A stretch of DNA of 64,000 bases from an uncultured cyanobacterium (GTDB lineage Bacteria > Cyanobacteriota > Cyanobacteriia > Phormidesmidales > Phormidesmidaceae), in NCBI GenBank assembly GCA_963793265.1, contig CAWBZI010000005.1, forward strand, positions 224,001 to 288,000, given 5' to 3'. The notes beneath the pieces are model-generated. The model was not told the origin of the DNA. It ran no database searches and was given only the letters and a program-made list of their open reading frames with translations. Shown here one piece after another: positions 10,999 through 21,246 of this stretch. Within the stretch, counting starts at the first letter, position 1. Every line of letters starts with the position of its first letter. The position numbers and the translations under genes are program-made.

Positions 10999-11072
10999 CG
11001 AGCCTGGAGAGATTCGAACTCCCGACACCGTAGTCCGTAGCCACGTGCTCTAGTCCACTGAGCTACAGGCCC
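10999..11072 (-). tRNA. trnR-ACG: tRNA-Arg(ACG)
   Basis: Minus strand GGGCCTGTAGCTCAGTGGACTAGAGCACGTGGCT-ACG-GACTACGGTGTCGGGAGTTCGAATCTCTCCAGGCTCG folds as a cloverleaf; CCA is not encoded. Confidence 0.97.
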
Positions 11073-11170
11073 ACAAGGGGTTTAGAGGGTACTCAACACA
11101 AGGATTTTCCCTCAACGGGTTTTAATATTAACACATCAGTCGCGCAGACAACTCAACCGAAATACTTTTT

Positions 11171-11677
11171 ATGAGCCCTTCTCATTCAGTGCCCAATTCA
11201 ACGGCCAGTCTCACCCATTTAGACGCTCAAGGCCAGGCTCAGATGGTAGATGTGTCGGCCAAAGATATGACCGTAAGGCAGGCGATCGCATCAGGCACCA
11301 TCACCATGCAGTACGCCACCCTAGAGGCCATTCAAGCGGGCAACGCGCCCAAGGGAGATGTCATCGGCACTGCCAGGCTCGCAGGCATTATGGCCGCAAA
11401 GCAAACCGCATCACTCATTCCGCTATGCCATCCGCTACCGCTCAAAAAAATTGAGGTCACCATTGAGCCAGATGCAGCGATTCCCGGCTATCGAATTTGG
11501 GCAACTGTCAAAACCAAGTCTGAAACTGGGGTAGAAATGGAAGCGCTCACCGCCGTCTCAGTCGCTGCGCTCACCCTGTACGACATGGCAAAAGCCCTAG
11601 AAAAATCGATGCGAATTGGTGACATTCAGCTCGTCGAAAAAATCGGTGGCAAATCAGGTCATTGGCAAAAGCCCTAA
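11171..11677 (+). CDS. moaC: Cyclic pyranopterin monophosphate synthase MoaC
   Basis: [40 protein letters not shown]. Confidence 0.97.
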   Translation: MSPSHSVPNSTASLTHLDAQGQAQMVDVSAKDMTVRQAIASGTITMQYATLEAIQAGNAPKGDVIGTARLAGIMAAKQTASLIPLCHPLPLKKIEVTIEPDAAIPGYRIWATVKTKSETGVEMEALTAVSVAALTLYDMAKALEKSMRIGDIQLVEKIGGKSGHWQKP

Positions 11678-11743
11678 ATGCCTTTAAGGAGGATTCGGCC
11701 ATTCCCCTACAATAAAGAAGGTAATCACTTCCCAAAGAGCTTT

Positions 11744-12007
11744 ATGCCTCCACGTTGGCCCCGCAAACCCGATCCCGCAAACGATCCTGCACTCAGGAAG
11801 CTAGAGGATCGTATTAACTTCGCGGTGCATGTCGCTGGGTTTGCCCTAGTAAATTCTAGTGTTTGGTTTTTCAATACGCTTAATCCAGGATCTTTGCCAC
11901 AGGCGAAAATAGTGACGCTTGTGACGCTAACGATTTTGCTGACGAACGCGGTTTGTATTTTTGTGATCGCTGACTACTCACCCAAAAAAGTAGACACTGG
12001 CCCATAG
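11744..12007 (+). CDS. 2TM domain membrane protein (cyanobacterial MPPRWPRKPD family)
   Basis: Conserved N-terminus, RINFAVHVA, two TM helices; ATG at 11744. Confidence 0.8.
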   Translation: MPPRWPRKPDPANDPALRKLEDRINFAVHVAGFALVNSSVWFFNTLNPGSLPQAKIVTLVTLTILLTNAVCIFVIADYSPKKVDTGP

Positions 12008-12129
12008 CGAAACTATTGATCCTTTAGGTAGTTTCCGTACCTCCTGCGCTCTTTTACACTAAAAGTTGACTAGCTTTGACCGATTATTGCAAAGCATCTT
12101 TAGATAAGAACGTATAGAAGGAGCGCACT

Positions 12130-12438
12130 ATGGCCAATGCAAACTCGACAGAACTTTTAGAATCGCTGGCCGCTGAAATTGGCGAGAACATTTACATGGA
12201 CATTGCTAAGTGGCATTTGTATTTAGGCGTTGCCAAGCTACATACGCCGCTAGCCGAGAAGCTACTGCCTTTAGTAACTGCTGGCAACGTATCAGAAGAC
12301 GGCGTAACTAAAGTCTTACAAGACATTCCAATTAAGGTAGGCGGCGGTCGCAAAACCCTTTCCTTGGCCGAGCTGATGCCAATGCAATGCCACGTTAATT
12401 TGATTGATTTACTCGAAGACTTTCAGAGGCAGATGTAG
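12130..12438 (+). CDS. DUF3181 family protein
   Basis: LAAEIGENIYMDIAKWHLYL and VGGG motifs; AAGGAG RBS. Confidence 0.88.
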   Translation: MANANSTELLESLAAEIGENIYMDIAKWHLYLGVAKLHTPLAEKLLPLVTAGNVSEDGVTKVLQDIPIKVGGGRKTLSLAELMPMQCHVNLIDLLEDFQRQM

Positions 12439-12570
12439 CAAGATCTAACAGATCTCATCGTTCCTTTACTGGTTTCTTCAAAATTTCTATCCAAAATACC
12501 TTTCTAATAAAGAAGATAAAAGTTAACCTAAGTATATATATGGTTCATTCAACTTCTAGTTAGGAAAACG

Positions 12571-13005
12571 ATGGGTATTTTCGAATTTGTGTTTGGTAAG
12601 GGCGCGCCTAAAGACGACACTCAGGGCAAGCAGGCGTTTTATCTAAGCGACGATGAAGCTAAGAGCTTTGGCGACATCGACTACATGCGCTCGGTCAAGA
12701 CGGTAAAGCGTACTTTCGCCAAGAAGAAAGGCGAAGAGAAGCATATGGAGAGCGTTCGCCAAATCTCTGCCACTAAGATGACTGACTTGGACGGCAACCA
12801 GAGCAGCGCTTCTGTAGCAGCACCGACTACGTTTGGAAACACTGATTTCTTAGGCGCTAGCAAGTCTGCTAACGATGAAGCTGTAAAATCTACACCTGCG
12901 CCAACAACGTCTGCGCCGACGGCTCAGTCTACGCAGCCTCGCCGTAAGCCAAGTTCTAACGATATGGACTTGTTCCGCAATATGGCTAAGGACATCCGTA
13001 AATAA
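12571..13005 (+). CDS. Conserved cyanobacterial hypothetical protein
   Basis: FYLSDDEAKSFGDIDYMR and C-terminal MDLFRNMAKDI; RBS and its own terminator. Confidence 0.8.
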   Translation: MGIFEFVFGKGAPKDDTQGKQAFYLSDDEAKSFGDIDYMRSVKTVKRTFAKKKGEEKHMESVRQISATKMTDLDGNQSSASVAAPTTFGNTDFLGASKSANDEAVKSTPAPTTSAPTAQSTQPRRKPSSNDMDLFRNMAKDIRK

Positions 13006-13070
13006 GGCGGTAGGCAGGGCGAACAAAACGCTTTTGAAGGTCGCATAAAGCGAGTCCCTTAAAAACATTT

Positions 13071-13105
13071 AACGATGATTGGTAGTTGCCGGTCATCGTT
13101 TTTTT
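13071..13105 (+). terminator. Intrinsic terminator
   Basis: AACGATGATTGGTA-gt-TGCCGGTCATCGTT followed by a T-tract. Confidence 0.8.
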
Positions 13106-13124
13106 GTGCGTGGCTGATTTAAGA

Positions 13125-14489
13125 TCAACTGCTGAATGTGAGCGTTGGTGCAACTTTACGGGCCAAGGTGACGACTCTGGTGGCCATAAGTCCGCTGAGG
13201 GCTAGCCAAAGCAAGTGTGGGCTTTGTAGATAGTTGGCTACTAAGGCAAGGGGTAAGAAGCCGAGAAAGGCGGCGATCAAAGTGGCATTGCGTAGGGTGC
13301 GACTAGCGGTAAGGCCGAGAAAGTAGCCGTCTAGGGTAAAGGCGATCGCGCCAAAGCCCAGCACGGGCAGCAGCCAAACAGCATACGTCGAAACTTGACT
13401 AAGCAAAATAGTGTGGCTCGTAAGCAGGCTAAAAAGCGGCGTGGGCCAAGTGATGATAAGCAGAGCGATCGCTAATCCTAAAAACAAGCTTCCCACCACA
13501 CCCAGCAACAGCAGCCAGTACAAATCGCCAGCAGCTTTTCGCCCATAAAAATTGCCTGCATAGCTCTCGACCGCCAGCGCCACCCCATCCATAAAGTGAG
13601 CCGCCATCAGCACAATCTGAATCAGCAGCGTGTTAACGCCTAGAACCGTATTGCCCATGCCCGAGCTGAAGTTGGTAAATAGCGACATCGATATCACCAG
13701 CGCAAACGTGCGAATCAGGATATCTAAATTGAGTCCGAACAAACTCTTTAGCGCCGCTGCCTGCCAAAGGCGAGGTTTGATACGAGCCCACAAATGCCAC
13801 GGGATGCGGCTGGTAAGAATTAAAATTGACCCTGCTGCTAGCATCAAATACTGACTCAGCGCAGTCGCCAGGCCCGCGCCATAGCTACCCCAGCCCAACA
13901 GCCGAATAAACCAGTAGTCCATGAAAATATTGCTGGCATTACCCACAACTGCGAGTATCACCACCTGCTTTCCTTGAGCGCGACCCAGCATCCAGCCCAG
14001 CAGCACAAAATTCACCAAAACCGCAGGTGCCCCTAAAATCCGCCCGTTATAAAAGTCTGTAGCAGCGGCTCTCACGTCTAGGTCAGCTTGTAACAACGAA
14101 AGCCCAGCAGCAGCAATCGGCACTCTCAACAGCCAGACCGTAATACCTACCCCTAGAGCCAGCAGTGAGTTTCGCACCAAAATTAACCATACGTCGGTCG
14201 CATCACCGCTCTGTTGCGCTCTACCTACCGCTTGAGCAGTTGGCCCGGTTGTGCCCATCCGAAAAAAATTAAAGCTCCAGTAAATCACGTTGAAAATAAT
14301 TGAGGCTAGGGCCACACCATTCAAATAGCGGATGTCTTCTAAATGGCCCAAAAAAGCGGTATCGATGAGGCCAGCAAGCGGCACCATCAGGTTTGAGGCA
14401 GTATTTGCCGCAGCTAGTCGGCAAAACGGCAAAACCCATCCTTTCGTTCTAGATAATTTAGGCAGCAGATGAGTCAGTAAATCGTTCAT
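13125..14489 (-). CDS. MATE family efflux transporter (DinF-like)
   Basis: PLAGLIDTAFLGHL, FFRMGTTG, DILIRT motifs; start chosen at ATG 14489. Confidence 0.9.
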   Translation of the reverse strand: MNDLLTHLLPKLSRTKGWVLPFCRLAAANTASNLMVPLAGLIDTAFLGHLEDIRYLNGVALASIIFNVIYWSFNFFRMGTTGPTAQAVGRAQQSGDATDVWLILVRNSLLALGVGITVWLLRVPIAAAGLSLLQADLDVRAAATDFYNGRILGAPAVLVNFVLLGWMLGRAQGKQVVILAVVGNASNIFMDYWFIRLLGWGSYGAGLATALSQYLMLAAGSILILTSRIPWHLWARIKPRLWQAAALKSLFGLNLDILIRTFALVISMSLFTNFSSGMGNTVLGVNTLLIQIVLMAAHFMDGVALAVESYAGNFYGRKAAGDLYWLLLLGVVGSLFLGLAIALLIITWPTPLFSLLTSHTILLSQVSTYAVWLLPVLGFGAIAFTLDGYFLGLTASRTLRNATLIAAFLGFLPLALVANYLQSPHLLWLALSGLMATRVVTLARKVAPTLTFSS

Positions 14490-14709
14490 CGAACAAAGAT
14501 AATCCGTTTTGTCAATACCTTCTGTCACCACATTGGGCAATCTACAACTATAGCGCTGAAGACCTTTCATGCTGAAGACATTACGGACACACCAGCGGCT
14601 TCACATAAAAAATAAGTGATTCTCGGCACGCCAATATTGACTGCGCCATCCACACTCTGTAATTGATAGCGCCTCCAGCTTTAAGAAAACGTTCGGGTAA
14701 AGACATCTC

Positions 14710-16290
14710 ATGAATCGCAGTGGCCTTACAGTTTTAAGTATCACCACACTTTTGAGCAGCTTTGTAGCAGGTAGCCTGCTAGCGCCTTCGGCGGCTCAAG
14801 CTAATGACGTGTCGCCTCTCAGCGTGGAGGAGACTTTTGACACCGTTATCCTGCCTGTTTTTAACGTAGATACGACAGAATATACCGAAGCACCTCTAGA
14901 TGAAATTTACGAGATGGATGCTTCTACAGAGTTTGAGATGGAGCCCCAGGTTCTACCTGAAGTCTTACCCAACTTAGAGGCAGAGGTGGAGCTGACACCC
15001 ACGGTTTCGCCTTCGGTGACCGCTTACAACCAAGGGGTACGTGACTATAAGGATAGTGAGTATGCAATGGCAGTTGCTAGCTTTAATATGGCGATCGCAT
15101 CCAACCCCAACTACGCTGAAGCCTACGTCTTTAGAGCTGCCGCTCAGCGCAAACTCAACGATCCCACAGCGGCTATGGCCGACTACGTATCAGCCATTTC
15201 AGTTCGCCCAGACTACGCACTCGCCTACTTTTCTAAAGGCGCACTCTTCTATGAAATGGGTGAACTCGCCGCCGCCTTAGAAGACTTTCAGCAGGCCATC
15301 ACGCTCAATCCTAGCTACGTAGAAGCCTACGACTACTTGGGCCTGACCGAAGCAGCTACCGGCAACCATACAGGCGCTCTGGTCAGCTACGACAGCGCTT
15401 TGAGCTTAGATCCTCTATACGCCCCGGCTCACGCACACAAGGGCGCAACTCTCATTGAGCTAGGCGAATACGACAGCGCGATTTCTCACCTCACAACCGC
15501 CATCGAAAACAGTGACGACTACGCAGCAGCCTTTCTCAACCGAGGCGTTGCCTACTACCATCTCGGCACTTTCACCGCTGCTCTCAAAGATATTAATGAG
15601 TCGCTCGATATCTATTCCGATGGAACTGAAGCCTTTTTCAATCGCAGCTACGTCTACTCTGCACTAGGCCGTCCTCGCGATGCGCTAGCCGATATCAACA
15701 CAGTGCTAACCCGCCAGCCTAACTCGGTAGAAGCCTATATGGCCCGAGGGAGTTTGTATAACGCTCAGGGCGAGAACGATAAGGCGATCGCTGACTTCAA
15801 CCGCGTGATTGAGCTAGACGCTTACTCTAGCGCGGCCTATCAGCAGCGAGCCCGAGCCCGCGTAGACAACAATAATGTACCAGAGGCGATCGCTGACTAC
15901 GACAGCGCGCTGAGCCTAAACCCCATTGACGAAGGTATCTATAAAGGCCGCGCCGACGCCTACGCCATTTACGGCAACCTGCCTGCTGCCATCGCTGACT
16001 ACACCTACGCCATCGAGCTAAACAACAACAATGCTGGTGCCTATGCCGCTCGCGGTCGGGCGCTGTACGAGTCAGGTGATGCGCACAATGCCTATCAAGA
16101 CTTCTCTCACATTATTCGCCAAAACCCTTCTGCAAGCGCTGACGTTTACTACTATCGCGGCCTTTCATTGATTGCAATTGGCGATAGCTACGCGGCCCAA
16201 GGCGATTTGCAAACGGCTGCTGAACGCTATTTGGCTGACGGCAGAGCTGACGGCTACCGCGCTGTGCTAGACCGCATGAGAAGGCTATAA
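14710..16290 (+). CDS. Exported TPR repeat protein
   Basis: Signal peptide (AAQA), acidic linker, about 12 TPR units. Confidence 0.9.
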   Translation: MNRSGLTVLSITTLLSSFVAGSLLAPSAAQANDVSPLSVEETFDTVILPVFNVDTTEYTEAPLDEIYEMDASTEFEMEPQVLPEVLPNLEAEVELTPTVSPSVTAYNQGVRDYKDSEYAMAVASFNMAIASNPNYAEAYVFRAAAQRKLNDPTAAMADYVSAISVRPDYALAYFSKGALFYEMGELAAALEDFQQAITLNPSYVEAYDYLGLTEAATGNHTGALVSYDSALSLDPLYAPAHAHKGATLIELGEYDSAISHLTTAIENSDDYAAAFLNRGVAYYHLGTFTAALKDINESLDIYSDGTEAFFNRSYVYSALGRPRDALADINTVLTRQPNSVEAYMARGSLYNAQGENDKAIADFNRVIELDAYSSAAYQQRARARVDNNNVPEAIADYDSALSLNPIDEGIYKGRADAYAIYGNLPAAIADYTYAIELNNNNAGAYAARGRALYESGDAHNAYQDFSHIIRQNPSASADVYYYRGLSLIAIGDSYAAQGDLQTAAERYLADGRADGYRAVLDRMRRL

Positions 16291-16335
16291 CCTCCACTGT
16301 CTGAAGACGGCGGCTTAGGAAAAAACTATTCTGGT

Positions 16336-16366
16336 AAGGGGCTGTACACTAAGTACGGCCCTTTTT
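16336..16366 (+). terminator. Intrinsic terminator
   Basis: AAGGGGCTGTAC-actaa-GTACGGCCCTTTTT. Confidence 0.75.
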
Positions 16367-16377
16367 ATTGTTGATTG

Positions 16378-16953
16378 ATGACTCAGCGCAGGTCTTTTTG
16401 GCTTCGGCTTAATTCTCTTCTTAAGCGGTACAGCTCAGCTTTTATCTCCACTTGTTTGCTGTTAGCGATTGTCTTTTCTCTATTAGCTTTTGCCAGCGCA
16501 CCTGCGATCGCCTCCATCCACACTTACAACGAAAGACCAGGGCAAACGACTTTTCGCTCTAAACAAAGTCTGCGTGATAGAAGCGACAGATCCTGGCAAG
16601 TTATTCTCTTCAAGCGCTATCAAGCTGATGACTTACAAGGTCTATACCTCCGCCTCATCGGCTTTCCTGGTATGGTTTCTCTTGACCCGCAAAAGTCTCT
16701 TAAAATTGCCACAGGTGCTAGCGCTCAATGGCAGGCAATACCAGCGTTAGATCCGCAAACACAATCACTGCCTGAGAACGCTGCTCAATATGATGTAGCT
16801 GTTGCGATCACCGATCTATCCGGCGATATTCCCCTTCAAGTAGACATTCCTTTAGCTGACGGCAGCATCGCGCAGCTTGTGGTTCCGCCCTTCGCAGTTC
16901 ACGAATGGCGTGACCTCAATGCCCAATCGCCTCAAGCTTCCTCCCCAGCATGA
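16378..16953 (+). CDS. DUF3122 family exported protein
   Basis: RSKQSLRD...WQVILFKR...LRLIGFPG...QYD...EW motifs. Confidence 0.85.
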   Translation: MTQRRSFWLRLNSLLKRYSSAFISTCLLLAIVFSLLAFASAPAIASIHTYNERPGQTTFRSKQSLRDRSDRSWQVILFKRYQADDLQGLYLRLIGFPGMVSLDPQKSLKIATGASAQWQAIPALDPQTQSLPENAAQYDVAVAITDLSGDIPLQVDIPLADGSIAQLVVPPFAVHEWRDLNAQSPQASSPA

Positions 16954-17849
16954 TAAGAACTTCGCACTAGAGGCCCAGAGCGCACGTGTGCAAACCCCAT
17001 GTCTTTTGCGATCGCCCCTAGCTCATCAAATTCTGCAGGCGTCCAATACTTTTGCACGGCCAAATGCTCTAAGGAAGGGCGCATGTACTGTCCGATTGTG
17101 AAGCGATCGCAATCCACCCGCCTCAAATCTTCCATAGCCTCTATCAGCTCATCCTTCGTTTCACCATGGCCCACCATCAGCCCAGACTTTGTAGGCACTG
17201 ACGGATCAGTGGCTTTTACGTAGCGGAGGACATCGAGCGATCGCTCATACTTAGCCCCTCGTCTTACTGGCCCCTGTAACCGCTTCACCGTCTCTACGTT
17301 GTGATTGAAGCAGGCTGGTTTTGCCTGCACTACGGTTTCTACGCGCGATCGCTGCTGCACCTCAGAATCCTTCCCGCTCCAAAAATCAGGCGTCAGCACC
17401 TCAATCTTCGTCTCAGGATTACTCATCCGAATCGCATCCATCGTCTTCACAAACCACCCTGCCCCGCCATCAGCCAAATCATCTCGCGCCACCGCCGTCA
17501 GCACCACATACCGCAATCCCAGTAGCGCCACAGACTCCGCCACCTTCTGCGGCTCCGCCTCGTCCAACGGCATCGGCGAGTGCCCCTTATCTACCTGACA
17601 AAACGCACAGCTCCGCGTACAGGTCGGCCCCATCAGCAAAAAAGTCGCCGTTTGGTTGGCGTAGCACTCCCCCCGATTCGGACAGCGCCCCTCCTCACAA
17701 ATAGTATGAATCTGCCGCTGCTTAATCACCTTTTGCACAGCCGATAGCTCGCTTGCCTTACCAATGGGCCTGCGCAGCCAGTCGGGCATAGCGATAATTT
17801 CAGGTCTGGGCCGGGTCATTTTAGCTGGCTGATTAGGAGCAGTAGACAT
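16932..17849 (-). CDS. lipA: Lipoyl synthase
   Basis: [12 protein letters not shown] and CTRSCAFC cluster motifs; C-terminal VRSSYHA. Confidence 0.98.
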   Translation of the reverse strand: MSTAPNQPAKMTRPRPEIIAMPDWLRRPIGKASELSAVQKVIKQRQIHTICEEGRCPNRGECYANQTATFLLMGPTCTRSCAFCQVDKGHSPMPLDEAEPQKVAESVALLGLRYVVLTAVARDDLADGGAGWFVKTMDAIRMSNPETKIEVLTPDFWSGKDSEVQQRSRVETVVQAKPACFNHNVETVKRLQGPVRRGAKYERSLDVLRYVKATDPSVPTKSGLMVGHGETKDELIEAMEDLRRVDCDRFTIGQYMRPSLEHLAVQKYWTPAEFDELGAIAKDMGFAHVRSGPLVRSSYHAGEEA

Positions 17850-18021
17850 AGTGAAGCAAAGCCAGGATTAAAGTTTCTTTATTTTACAGTTTGCTCATCC
17901 TTGTGATCTGGGCAACTTTAAAGCAAGCGTCTACTAGAAACAAGCGTTTGCCCAAAAGGTTTACTCAAAAAAGCTATAGGGCGTAAATCTTTCTTCATTT
18001 TGCCAGTCAAAGGAGTCCGTC

Positions 18022-18570
18022 GTGGCCAACAAAATTTTAGTGATCGACGACAGCCGAGTCATTCGCGCCCGTGTAAGAGACATGCTGCCTCAGGGCAACT
18101 TTGAGGTGATTGAGGCCAAAGATGGCGTCGAAGGCATTGATGCGATTCGCGCCCAAAAGCCCAACCTGATTATGCTGGACTTTTTGCTACCTCGCATGAG
18201 CGGCTACGAAGTCTTTCAAGAAATTCAAGCTCAGCCCGAGTTTCAAAAGATCCCACTGGTAATGATGTCGGGTCGCCGCGAAGAACTCACCGAAAAAATT
18301 CAAGAGCCCTTCGAGTTTTTCGAGTTTATTGAAAAACCCTTCGAGCAAAAAGAACTCATCGGTGCCATCAAAGGCGCAATGGCCAAAGCTCGTAAAGCCC
18401 GCCCACAAGCCGCTGTCCCGGCTGCTGCAACTAGCACCGCCACAGGCATCAATTCCTCCGCTGAAATCGCAGCTCTGCAAGCGCAAATCGACACGCTGAC
18501 AAAAGATGTCGCTGCCCTTAAGGCTCAAAATAATAAGATTCTGGCCTTTATCAAAAAGAAGCTGGCATAG
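18022..18570 (+). CDS. Response regulator (receiver domain plus C-terminal coiled coil)
   Basis: VIDDS, MLDFLLP, EKPF; AAGGAG RBS before GTG. Confidence 0.9.
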   Translation: MANKILVIDDSRVIRARVRDMLPQGNFEVIEAKDGVEGIDAIRAQKPNLIMLDFLLPRMSGYEVFQEIQAQPEFQKIPLVMMSGRREELTEKIQEPFEFFEFIEKPFEQKELIGAIKGAMAKARKARPQAAVPAAATSTATGINSSAEIAALQAQIDTLTKDVAALKAQNNKILAFIKKKLA

Positions 18571-18752
18571 GTTGGAGTACATCCCTCAGCATTCGACAAT
18601 TGTTTTTTCACGATTCAAGCCTGTTTACGCAGGCTTTTTTGATCTATATTTTCAAGTGTACTGATTCGCATACGTGTCTACACGCGACAGGAGGAAGAGA
18701 GCGCTGCTATTGTATGGTTACAAGCAAATCATTCATCGTCGGATCTCGACTC

Positions 18753-19307
18753 ATGACTTCAGAACAGATGCTTTTGGACAAATGGCATAGTCTTCCCGAA
18801 CTACAGCAAAAGATGGTACTGGATTTTGTGTCGATGCTCTATAACCGAAAGCCGCCGCTTGCTGAGAGTTCACAACCTACGTCCATATCCAAGCAAATTG
18901 CAGATAGCAATCTACCACCGCTAGAAATTCCTGAGTCTGAGCGACAGCGTGTATTAAAACGTATCAAGCAGGCGCAGCGTGAAAGACCTGAGATGCTGAA
19001 GCGGATGAAGCGGCGACAGCAGAAGGGATGGGAAGCAGCTCGCAGGATTGCAAAAATGCTAAAGCAAGATTATGGCGCAGAGCGCGTCGTTTTGTTCGGC
19101 TCACTGTTGAATCACGAATACATGCATGATTGTTCAGATATTGATATTGCTGTTTGGGGTCTTGATAACCGTTTGGATGACAGAGCATGGATAGCAGCCA
19201 ATTATATTCTTAGCCCTTATGAATTTCCGCCGCTAGATTTAGTGCCAATTGAGAAAGCTTATCCAGAGATTAGAGAAGTCATCGAAACGCAGGGCGTAGA
19301 ACTGTGA
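18753..19307 (+). CDS. Minimal nucleotidyltransferase (MntA-type antitoxin) with an N-terminal DUF2281-like helix
   Basis: LFGS-x10-DIDIAV motif; its stop overlaps the start of the downstream HEPN gene (GTGA). Confidence 0.85.
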   Translation: MTSEQMLLDKWHSLPELQQKMVLDFVSMLYNRKPPLAESSQPTSISKQIADSNLPPLEIPESERQRVLKRIKQAQRERPEMLKRMKRRQQKGWEAARRIAKMLKQDYGAERVVLFGSLLNHEYMHDCSDIDIAVWGLDNRLDDRAWIAANYILSPYEFPPLDLVPIEKAYPEIREVIETQGVEL

Positions 19308-19641
19308 ACCATGAGCAGCTTTTTCATCGGATACAAGTTGAGCTATGCAAGATGGAACGGGCTGTGCAAGAGACTGATGAGGCGATCGCAGCCCTAAGTA
19401 TTGTTACAACACCGGGCGCATACAACACCATTGTAGGTGGCATCTCTTTGAACATACACGGCTTCTACACGGGAGTTGAGCGGATTCTGCGTGCTTAGCA
19501 TTCCGTCATGTTGTGCGGAATAACTACACCCATGCTCTAGATGTCGATAAGGTGCTACAAAACGCCTCGCAATTACCTGATTGCTTCTATCGATTCACGG
19601 CAGATTGTTTGGCGTTTCAACAAGCGCTTACTAAGAAGTGA
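19304..19641 (+). pseudogene. HepT-like HEPN ribonuclease toxin with internal deletion and frameshift
   Basis: N-terminal part ...LNIHGFYTGVERILRA* stops at 19498. A different frame from about 19495 reads LAFRHVVRNNYTHALDVDKV...ALTKK* (stop 19641). The usual middle segment is missing. Confidence 0.82.
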
Positions 19642-19710
19642 ATGAAGTTTCTGGCGCACAACGCTATACGCCATCATAGAAAACGTTAGTGAGAAATAGA
19701 AGTTTTTTAT

Positions 19711-20109
19711 ATGAATGACGAGAATATGACTGGTGGAAATACGCTTTGGGTTGTTGCTGAAACAACAGAGGTAGTTGAGGAAGAGGTTGAGGTTGAGGGG
19801 CGTAGGGGAGGGGTCGATCGCGGGGGCGGATTCAATATTCCAGGACGTGTATTTGAAGCAGCGCAGGTTGTGGTTACTCGTAAGCGTGTGCCGCTAGATG
19901 CCAAAGCGCTAAAGGCACAAATGCAAGGAATGTTAGCTGTCGTGAATGAGCTGTTCGATCAGGCCACAACACAGACGGGACTACAGTTAAACGAGGTAGA
20001 GCTATCGGTAGAGATAAATGCGGAGGGGCAGCTTAGCCTAGTGGGCAATGGTGGCAAGCTCGGGAATAAGGGCGGCATTAAGCTAAAGTTTGTTCGTCCG
20101 ACTCAATAA
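19711..20109 (+). CDS. Pepco/Trypco-like (peptidase co-occurring) small domain protein
   Basis: LQLNEVELSVEINAEGQLSLVGNGGKLGNKGGIKLKF signature. Confidence 0.7.
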   Translation: MNDENMTGGNTLWVVAETTEVVEEEVEVEGRRGGVDRGGGFNIPGRVFEAAQVVVTRKRVPLDAKALKAQMQGMLAVVNELFDQATTQTGLQLNEVELSVEINAEGQLSLVGNGGKLGNKGGIKLKFVRPTQ

Positions 20110-20286
20110 GCAATATTACAAGAGTGTCATTCTCGCTGCTGCAAAAGGGCAATGGATAGCCGTGATGATATGTCTATCGGGTTTCAGTTTTTGAAACCCG
20201 GCAATTGTTTGTTGCATAGATTGCCACACTGGCAATGATAAGCAACAAATTAATATCACACAGCTATTCACTCACTAAGGCACGTT

Positions 20287-21219
20287 ATGAAACGCTTGCA
20301 GCTCGCCCTTTTGACAGGTTCCATCATTGCCCTTAGCGGACTCACTAGCTGCGCCGGGCCGCTCGATGATAGTCAAACGGAATCTGCTGTGGCAGAGCCT
20401 TCTATTGAAATAGGCACGGCGGCAGATAGCGCGATCGCTCCAGATACCGTCGCTCGAGCACCAGAATCTACCGTTCAAGAAACAGTAGATTCTAGCAATC
20501 CGACTGCTAAAGCGCAGGTCAGCCGACGCCCGCAGCTTATCAAAAAGGCCAATCTCTCACTTGACGTAGACTCTGTTGAGGAGAGCTTTAATAAAGTAAG
20601 AGAGATTGTGAACATGCAACAGGGCGACGTGCTGTCTCTAAACGACCGTGGCAGCTCTCAAGCGGACGATTTGAAGAAAGATCGACGGCGAATAGAGTTT
20701 GAAATGCGGGTGCCGCGGCAGAATTTGGATGCGACGCTGGATGCGCTAACTGAATTGGGGACTGTGCGCGGTCGTACTATTACCACAGAAGACGTTTCCG
20801 CCCAGCTTGTCGATGTGCAGGCAAGAATAAACAACTCACGCAAGTCAGAAGCCGCGTTACAAGAAATTATGTCTCGCTCAGGAGAAATCGATGATGTGCT
20901 AGAAGTCTCTCGTGAGCTAGGCGAAGTAAGACAGGATATTGAGCGAATGTCTGCGCAGCAAAAAAGCTGGCAAACTCAGGTGCGCTACTCCACTATCAGT
21001 CTTACCTTAGAAAGCATCGTGGCTGTTTCCGCCACGCAGGAAGAACCCACCTTTTCTAGCCAAATTAGTGGCTCTTGGAAATCGGCAACTAGCTCTGTAG
21101 GTGGCTTTACCACTGATCTTTTACAGCTCGGTATTTGGCTGCTGGCCTACAGCCCTTACCTTGCCGCCATACTCTGTGGCGCGGCGATCGCCCGCCAGGC
21201 TACCCGCCCTTCTTCATAG
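20287..21219 (+). CDS. DUF4349 domain lipoprotein
   Basis: Lipobox LTSC, LIKKANLSL, EDVSAQLVDVQARI, C-terminal TM helix. Confidence 0.9.
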   Translation: MKRLQLALLTGSIIALSGLTSCAGPLDDSQTESAVAEPSIEIGTAADSAIAPDTVARAPESTVQETVDSSNPTAKAQVSRRPQLIKKANLSLDVDSVEESFNKVREIVNMQQGDVLSLNDRGSSQADDLKKDRRRIEFEMRVPRQNLDATLDALTELGTVRGRTITTEDVSAQLVDVQARINNSRKSEAALQEIMSRSGEIDDVLEVSRELGEVRQDIERMSAQQKSWQTQVRYSTISLTLESIVAVSATQEEPTFSSQISGSWKSATSSVGGFTTDLLQLGIWLLAYSPYLAAILCGAAIARQATRPSS

Positions 21220-21246
21220 CGCAAAGCGATCGAACCCGACAGCTAT

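Noticed and set aside
10921..11170. Possible integrative element at tRNA-Arg
   Set aside because: No integrase, no duplicated tRNA 3' end seen, and the flanking genes are housekeeping.
15030..16200. Repeated GCGATCGCTGACT-like DNA in the TPR gene as a possible CRISPR or repeat array
   Set aside because: Explained by TPR codons (AIADY/F) coinciding with HIP1; no constant repeat-spacer period.
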